From the NCBI RefSeq assembly GCF_009914755.1, contig NC_060939.1: DNA of 64,000 bases; one strand, 5' to 3'. This DNA comes from the human T2T-CHM13v2.0 reference genome, Homo sapiens. A model generated the notes under the pieces. The model saw only the letters and a program-made list of their open reading frames with translations. It was not told the origin of the DNA and searched no databases. A program made the position numbers and the translations under genes. This document shows, in pieces, positions 56,345-64,000 of this stretch (its first letter is position 1; each line of letters begins with the position of its first letter).

Positions 56345-56730
56345 AGTTAAAGATGCAAAAGGCCTGATGAAAACTGTTTGGGTCTTTACTTGATCAAATC
56401 AACTGTAAATTTGAATATGGACTCAATATTATATAACATTAAAGAATTATTAATTTTCTTTTGGTTTGATCATGGCATTATAGTTATATAAACATATTTA
56501 AAAATATATACAGTGAAGTATTTAGTGTTGAGATGACATGATGTCTGAGATTTTCATTAAAATACTTCGGCAAAATAAAAAAATGTGTGTGTGTGTGTTA
56601 GCAGGAGGGGTAAGTGAAACAACGATGGTAAAATGTTGATGGTCATTGAAGCTGAATGATGGGTTCACTGGAGCACTGCACTTTCTCTCAACTTGAGTAT
56701 TTTTGGAAATTTTCACAATAAAAGATTAAA
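56345..56730 (+). mobile_element. Old L1M 3' end
   Basis: gatgacatgatgtctgagattt...gaagctgaatgatgggttcac...gaaattttcacaataaaa. Confidence 0.6.
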
Positions 56731-59700
56731 AATCCAAAACCACAAAATATAGGGTTTCTTAAAAAGCACTAAAAATAGTTTACACAACAATACTGACTCT
56801 TGCCGTGAAATGCAGAGAATAGGTGCAAAAACCCGAGAGCAGTAATTAATGGCCAATCTTATGTGCATTCCTTTAAGCACAAGCAGCTGTCATAAACATC
56901 TTAATTTAAAGAGTTGGGGTTTGGGGAATCATGGCACTGCAAAAAGCTACGTCCTGCTGCTGCTCCACAGAACTGGTACATATCAGACCCTTAAATTTTT
57001 AAACACAGCTTTCATGTTTTTGAGAGCTGAAAAACCTTTGAAAAGTCAGCTTGTTAGGAAATTCACCTTGCAGACTCCTACTTCAAGGGTTGGTGGAGGT
57101 GCTTGGGTACCGGAAAAATTGATTTTGGGATGGGGGTGGAGGTTCACAGGTAAACATGTTGTGTGCTTCAGAAGAAGCTAGCTTGCTCTAAATATACGGG
57201 GCGTAGCTACATTGCAGTGTTGCCTTTCAGCAATGCAAAATATACCACCTGGCTAGAGAGGTATTTCAAGTCTACAAAGCCCCACCTCCCAGCCTTTATT
57301 GTTCCTTTTCCAGTCTTTGTCATAAAATAGAAAGAGGCGGCATTTTGAAGACGGAAGAAGCACTAAACAGGAAGCAGGAGCCTAAAATCGAGTTTCTCAT
57401 ACTGCTGTGTGTTACTGTAAACACTAGGCCATGACCTGCCCTAGGTGCTTCTTCTGTGACATAGGATCAGCATCTCACACCCATGAAGGTCTCTTGAGTC
57501 CCTTAAGGCCTAACACACCTGAATACATGGGCTGTGATACGGGAGCTGGCCTGATGCCTCCATTCACCCCACAAGATGTAGTCCTCGCCCTGACGGCAAG
57601 ACGGCATGCGAGAGTCCTATTTGGGTTGTAAAGTTTAATGCGAGCAGAAAGAGGCAGACGATAGCTAACATAATCTAAGTTAACCATTGAAAAACCCAGA
57701 CTGTCCAATAAAAATACTGGAACGAACCCAGTCACCTTTTATCAAGGGTACATTTAACCATCCTCATTGGTGGCTACTTCCATTCATGGTCACGCCCTTC
57801 CCTCTTGCCTCAGGAACTCAGTATTTGTGTGTAAATAAGGACGTGTTGTGGTATTCTGGGTGCTGATGGTTCCCCAGGAACTTAGGGACACCTGTGTGCA
57901 GGGCTGCACTTGACAAGAAACAAAGTTGCCGGCAGCACAGGACAAGGCCTCCTATTAATTTCTCGAATCGATCCTGGCAGTGATTATCTGGTCCAGGAAA
58001 GAACAGGTCTTTGTTCATAGCACCAGATTTGAATTTTTTAAAACAACACTCTCTATTGCCCGTAAGAATGACTAATAACGGGCGGCTGTAATTTCCCAGA
58101 GTTTGTGGGTATGACTTCTTCAGCTTTCCTTGCATTTGAATTTGCCATATTTCGACTGGGGGCTTCCTAGGGCTTTCAAGCACAATGTAACCAAAACCCC
58201 CAGCCAGCTCTCAGTTCAGCCTGGAGAACTTTGTGGTACTCTCGAACTTACTACTTCCTGCCCCCACACCTGAGAGTCTCCCCGCACACTGTTTTCCCTG
58301 CATCATCCACCATCAATCAAACAAACAGAGAAACACAGAAACCTCAGTTCTCAAGTGCAATCAATACAACCTCCTTTCCTGGGGTAACGATGCCTTCGTT
58401 TTAAAGGTCATGGAATGAGTCAGGGGCAGAAGAGAGAAACAGAGGCCGTGGGTTCTTTGACTAAACATCTCGCAGAGAGATCGGTGGATCCACAAAAATG
58501 ACCTCATTAAGCTGCACCAATTGCCGGGCGGGGAGAGCAGTCCAAATTAACAAAAAATCAGAGTGATCAGAAAACAGTTTTGTTATTTTACACATGGTCT
58601 CAAGAGCTAGACAAATAAATTTGCCTAGTGTATGTTCTAAGTCACAAATAGATAAGAGGAAATTGAAACCACAATAGCCAAGCACCTCCCTGAGGAGACC
58701 AAGGCTGGGCTTCCATTACAATAATATTCTTATTTATGTTTTCTCATGCACATTATTTAAGTATATATTTATTTACTCATACAGACCAGATTTGTTGAGT
58801 ACTGCTATGTGGAATTCACAGTATGAAGTGCCGTGGGGCAGGCAGACCTGGGTACCCTCAAAGAACTTGGTAAATAGCTATTTCTTAACTGCTAGTAAAC
58901 AAGTTTCTCTTCTAGTAAGAAAAAATAATGGCTGGAAAACTTATTTACACCTTCAATACACAAGGCTATTTTGCACAAACCAGATATAGGAAACATTTAT
59001 ATATGGAGCTTTTCTAAAACAGATAAAATCAGGGCTCAGTCTTCTTTATGAAAACAAAAAGTAAAACACTTTGCAATTTGAGCAAAGATTATTTCTGCAG
59101 AGGGTCATCTCTAGTAAGAGGTGCCTGCTCCTCAGACCAAGTCTGTCTCTTTCAGGGCCATTCCTTACTGGATGGTGACTCATTTTACTCAAGGACTCGC
59201 CCTAGACGGCGTGCAACCAACCCTTTAGAAACACATCAATTGTTTAAACAAACTATGCCTGTATTCATTTGCTTAGCAAATCATTTTGTCACAGATTTAG
59301 CCCAGCCAGAGTCTAAATGATCACAATTACTGAAACTATACCAATACCTTTTCTACTGAAAACCTATCAAAGAAATAACATCAGTTCACATTATCATTAT
59401 TGATTCCTGCCCTTTTCTCCCTTAACTCCATTCTCTTCCCTTTCAGTTTGTTATTTATTTTCTTATGTTCTGAATTTCAAGAAGACTTCCATGTGTTGTC
59501 AACATATGGTACATCATTCACATAAGTACATAAAATTCTCTATATGTCATTAAAGAACTGAGCTTGTGTTCCAGTGAGTGAAACTGAAGAGGAAATAAAA
59601 TCACAAAGATAACCCCACAAATTAAGGTGCAGCTAAAATAGCAGCACCCTTCCCCCATCACTCACTGCACTATTTCTTAGAACTTTTATCTTTACATATG

Positions 59701-61539
59701 TACAAATAAACAGAGTGTTTCTGTTCTGCCTTATTTGTGTAGAGGACTTACGTGCAGCTCTCTGACCTTCCTCTGGCTCTGATTAGCCCCTGAGGGACGT
59801 GGATCACCCACATGCAACAGGCTGCTGACACCAGCAGAAAGCTGTCTTTCAGAAGAATCAAGAGTCCCACCTAAGGACATCATGTCCACCTGCTCTTCTC
59901 TGGTTCAGCTGACTTCCCTGGACTTGCTTTCTTGTTGCCCTGATCTGTGCTCCGTGCCAGATCTCACAAACAAGGCTGGACTCTGCTTATTCCTGGCCAG
60001 TCTTGTCCTGTAGTCATCCAAGAAAAATACTGGAAAGGAGGACCACAACCTTGGCCAGTGGAGACCCTGTCATTCTGATGAACATTTCTAACACAAGATG
60101 TGAAGACCCTCCTTCCCATTTCTCATCCTTCCCTCTCCACGTCTCACAAACACCAAGTCTATTTCCCAGAGAAGTGGTCAGGGTGCAGTGAGTCAGGCAG
60201 CCAAAGTAATCCTGCAGGTGAGCATGTTGCCACTGACCCTTGAGTTTAACTTCTTACCAGATCTCTGCAAAGATAGAAAAAAACTAGCTTGCAAGAAACC
60301 CCAGCTCTCTGGATGATCTGTCCTTAGGCTGCTGAGATTTTCAAGGGTGTGCAGACAGTTGAACTTCACTTATTTTCAATAATTATAAAAATACATAAGA
60401 ATTTTATGTATTATTTAAATGATACATAGGGACTCCTTATCCAAGAAAGATATTGTCAAAACTAGATTTTATAAAAAGGCTAACCATTATACATAAATAA
60501 ATGGCTTAACATATAAAGTTTTATTTTAGCAATAGCAGCTACCCTTAGTTTCGATGCGCATATAGGTTGAAAAAGGTTTGCTGAAAGAGAAAAATAGACT
60601 GTTTATCATCTCAAAACTGGTTGAGATTGACAAATGTGATCCTATCAAAACCATTCCCCCCCCCACTCACATAAAATGGCCATGTTCTTTGAAAATTTGT
60701 GGAAAATTACTTTTTTTTTTGAAAATTATTCCCCTCAGGGCACATAAGGCGCAGGGAAAAAGCAAAGGAGAAACTAAGTTAAACTAGTTGAGTACTTTCT
60801 CAGTGTAATGATTTGAAACATCAAATCCCCCTAAATAAAATAAACAATAGATTATCTGCAAATAATCCTCCCTGGAGGTTTTCACACTAAAACAAATATG
60901 GAATAAACTCATGAGACTTTATCAGAGTCAGAGTTAGGACTCTAGCCAGGAGTACACACAACTCCATCCATCCATCCTGCCATCCACACATCCATTTATT
61001 CATCTATTCAAATAACAAATCAAGAAGTATTTATTGAGTGCTTACTACATGCAAGATCTTGCTCTTGGGGCTTGGAGGCTACAAGAAGGACCAAGGCAAG
61101 CTCTCAATCCACAAGGAGGGTGAGAGAAAGGAAAAAGTTTGGAGTATGTGCAGTTGTGTAGAGGTTTCTTCAGTGCACCAGAGACAAGATGGATCTGTGT
61201 GGCACGGTCAACACTGTAGCCCTTGACCTTATCTTAGAGAAACTAAGCGCTTGAGGTAAAGATGTTAATTCCCTTAAGGCTTAGCAAATGTACCAAATCT
61301 GATAGTGTGCAATCTGTATACTGACTTTACCTCTGGCTTCATGTTATGATTCCTACCTTTGTTTTCTTTCCACCTGGATTTATTCATGAATTTTTATCTT
61401 GGATACTCTATGTGGTATTATAAGCCACCTCAAATCCTCTTGGGAAATAAAGGGGTCTAAATTCTTAAAGGATAAATACAATTACCCTGCTAGATCACTA
61501 ACAATGATAACAAGGATGGTAATTCTTATTATCACAGGT

Positions 61540-61735
61540 AACTTTCATTGAGGGCTCCTATGTGTTGAGTACTGTTCCAAGCACTTTACATGTATTTTCT
61601 TGTTTATTCTTTATAATAATCTTTTGAGATTGTTACAATTATTATCCCTATCATAGTAAAGGAAAACGAAGCACAGAGAGCTTATGTAATATGCTAGTAT
61701 GTGGTAGAACCAAGATTTGAACCCATACACTTTGA
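61540..61735 (-). mobile_element. MIR
   Basis: cattgagggctcctatgtg...aagcactttacatg...ggaaaacgaagcacagagag...gatttgaaccc. Confidence 0.7.
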
Positions 61736-62696
61736 ATGTGGAGCGGCTCCTTGTGTTTTATCCAGGTGTTCGGGCTCTCCAGGTCTCCTGATGGGACAGA
61801 AGCCCATTGCTTCCTGCTCGGACTCAGTAGCTTTCCCTATTGTTTGACTTTAGGACTCTGATGCTGTGTCCTACCTAGTCTTAGGGAACTTCTTGAATAT
61901 TGGCCCCATCTTCTCTGATGCTGTGGCCGGTTTAATAGGAGCTCCCATATCTGAGTACTGTGTCTCTGGAGGGCGAGCTCCTTAAGAAAAGAGTGGGTCT
62001 TGCTCACTTTCTAATTTTGAGTACCTGGAGGCATACATGAGCCATAGCAGGTGTTTAAGAAAGGCTGGTGTGGGTTGACTGAATGAATGAGGGTCCCACC
62101 ACTTTCCGGTGAATACTGTGCCTGAGATCTTCTGGCCACCCTCCCAGAGAGGTGCTCCCAGGTCCTGGCTCCCTCCTCCCCGCTCCTCACACTGGGCCCT
62201 TCATGATAGCTCTGTAGCTTCATCTGCCTATGTTTGGTGAGTTCTACCTGTCTAGGTGACGCTTCTAAAATTAAACAACTATTAATCTGTGAATGGTAAA
62301 GCATATGCATTCAGATTTTATCAAAGCAGAAAGCACATTTTACAAGGAAAAAGGTCTTTCTGATTAGCGATTATAAAATTGACTTAATTTCAATCTAGTT
62401 TACCATATTCAGAAGTGCCACATTCAGAATTGGAATGGACACTTTTAATTATCTTACGAGTTTAGGCATTTCAATGTCTTCTTTTCCCCCGATTCAGCTT
62501 AGCACAATGCCAGCACCCCTCTCTTTCCCACTCTCACATGGGTCTTTCTCTATATTTTCTGCGCTCTTATTACCTGGACTATTTACTTGCTTATTAATCA
62601 TGTGTAACTTAGTGATATGCATCATGGTGCTCAATTGTTATTTAATTCCTGCTTTGTTAGTTCATGGCACCCATGTTTCTATCGCCCATGGAAAAA

Positions 62697-62964
62697 TTTT
62701 TTTAATTTTTAATTTTTATGAGTACATAGTAGGTGTTTATATTTAGGGGGTAGATGAGATGCTTTGATACAGGCATGCAATAAGTAATAATCACATTATG
62801 GAAAATGGGGTGTCCACCCCCTCAAGCACGTATCCTTTGTGTTACAAACAATCCAATTATAATCTTAGTTCTTTTAAAATATACAATTAAATTATTTTGA
62901 CCTTAGTCACCCTGCTGTGCTGTGAAATACTGTTTTATTCTTTTTGTTCTTTTTTGTACCCCCT
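62697..62964 (-). mobile_element. L1MA 3' end (5'-truncated insertion)
   Basis: gtacatagtaggtgtttatattt...gatacaggcatgcaat...ccctcaagca; TSD cccatggaaa on both sides. Confidence 0.85.
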
Positions 62965-64000
62965 CCCATGGAAATTTCTTGACAAGAGATCATTGTGACT
63001 TGTGCCTTTCGGGATCTAGTCACTTGAGAACTGGTTCCATGGTGCTTCAGTAAAGACCATGAAATTTCATCAAAGACTATGTCCCTCAAATAAATCTAAT
63101 TAAATGTCCTCCACTGGGTCAGTCATACGAGTGAAGTGGAAGGGAGGCCATATAGAGCAGTCTTCAGGCAGAATTCTGGTCAGAATTGTAGAAATTCTGG
63201 TCACAAGGTAAAGGCAAGAAAGGCAAGGGGTGAATGGTAGTGGTGGTGGTTTGGGGGGCACACAACATTTTTTGAATCACCACATCAACTAGGTACCAGG
63301 CTAAATGATTTACACACCTGATTTCACTTAACATCTGCATAACCCTCAGATGTTGACATAATGCTGCCTCCCCTTCTACCCATAATTAAGGCCATATAGC
63401 TATTAGGTGATGAGGTTGGGGTGTGACTCCGGGTTTACCTGACTCCAAAATGATACTCTTTCCCCTATATTGCTTTCAGAGTCACCTTCACTTTTCACTG
63501 CATGCACTGTCCAGAATCCCCCTTTAAGCTCAGAATGAAGGAAATGAAGGTTAATAAGAGGTCATGCTGGCAAGTCTAAGAAATGAATGGGGTCAGGACC
63601 AATGGAGAAGGAAAGTGGAAATGTCTGCGTTCTTTGTTGTCTCGGGATTGCAAAAACAAAGGAGGCAAATGGTCCTAAGCAGGTCAGTAAAGGCCAGTAT
63701 TGAGCACCTACTGTGTGCAAGGCAGTTTGCCACAGCACAGGGCACAAACAGAATTGGGACAAGGTTGTATTACCCAGGCTCCAGCTTACGTGAAAGCCAG
63801 CTGGGCCAGCAGGACTCATTTCCCTTTCGTTGCTGCTGGAAAATCAGCATCCAATCATCTCTTGAAAGACCAAACCAAGGTAGTTCCTCAGCTTTGCTTT
63901 GCGTAGGCCCCGCCTACAGCCTCGTCTGCATGTGTCTCCCGTGGGGCTGCAGACGCGCCACTGTGTCTAGGGGCAGGTGGGTATGCGGGGAGACTAAACC

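Noticed and set aside
63900-64000. GC/CpG rise at the window end as a promoter or CTCF site
   Set aside because: Too short, truncated by the window edge, and a poor CTCF motif match.

Overview
Primate (most likely human) intronic DNA from RORA (RAR-related orphan receptor alpha), which is transcribed on the minus strand. The only confident coding sequence is a 30-nt exon at 15939-15968 (-) encoding (G)ISVTKKTHT(S), which I recognise as exon 2 of the RORalpha1 isoform. By that isoform's structure, higher coordinates are intron 1 and lower coordinates are intron 2. The rest is typical intron: about 18 Alu/FLAM copies, an L1 ORF2 fragment, L1M/L2/MIR relics, LTRs (LTR16, MLT1, MER21A), DNA transposons (MER1A, MER5, MER53, MADE1) and microsatellites. 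The other ORFs in the track are repeat-derived or chance. I found no evidence of a new multi-gene system. The best leads are: (1) an 82-nt stop-containing candidate poison exon 1.4 kb downstream of exon 2; (2) a 96-nt frame-preserving candidate cassette exon in intron 1; (3) a RORE + E-box + E'-box + Y-box + AP-1 cluster near 42.1 kb resembling a circadian/autoregulatory enhancer; (4) several short locally templated insertions and fold-back clusters. Repeat family calls are from memory of consensus sequences, and boundaries of old repeats are approximate.
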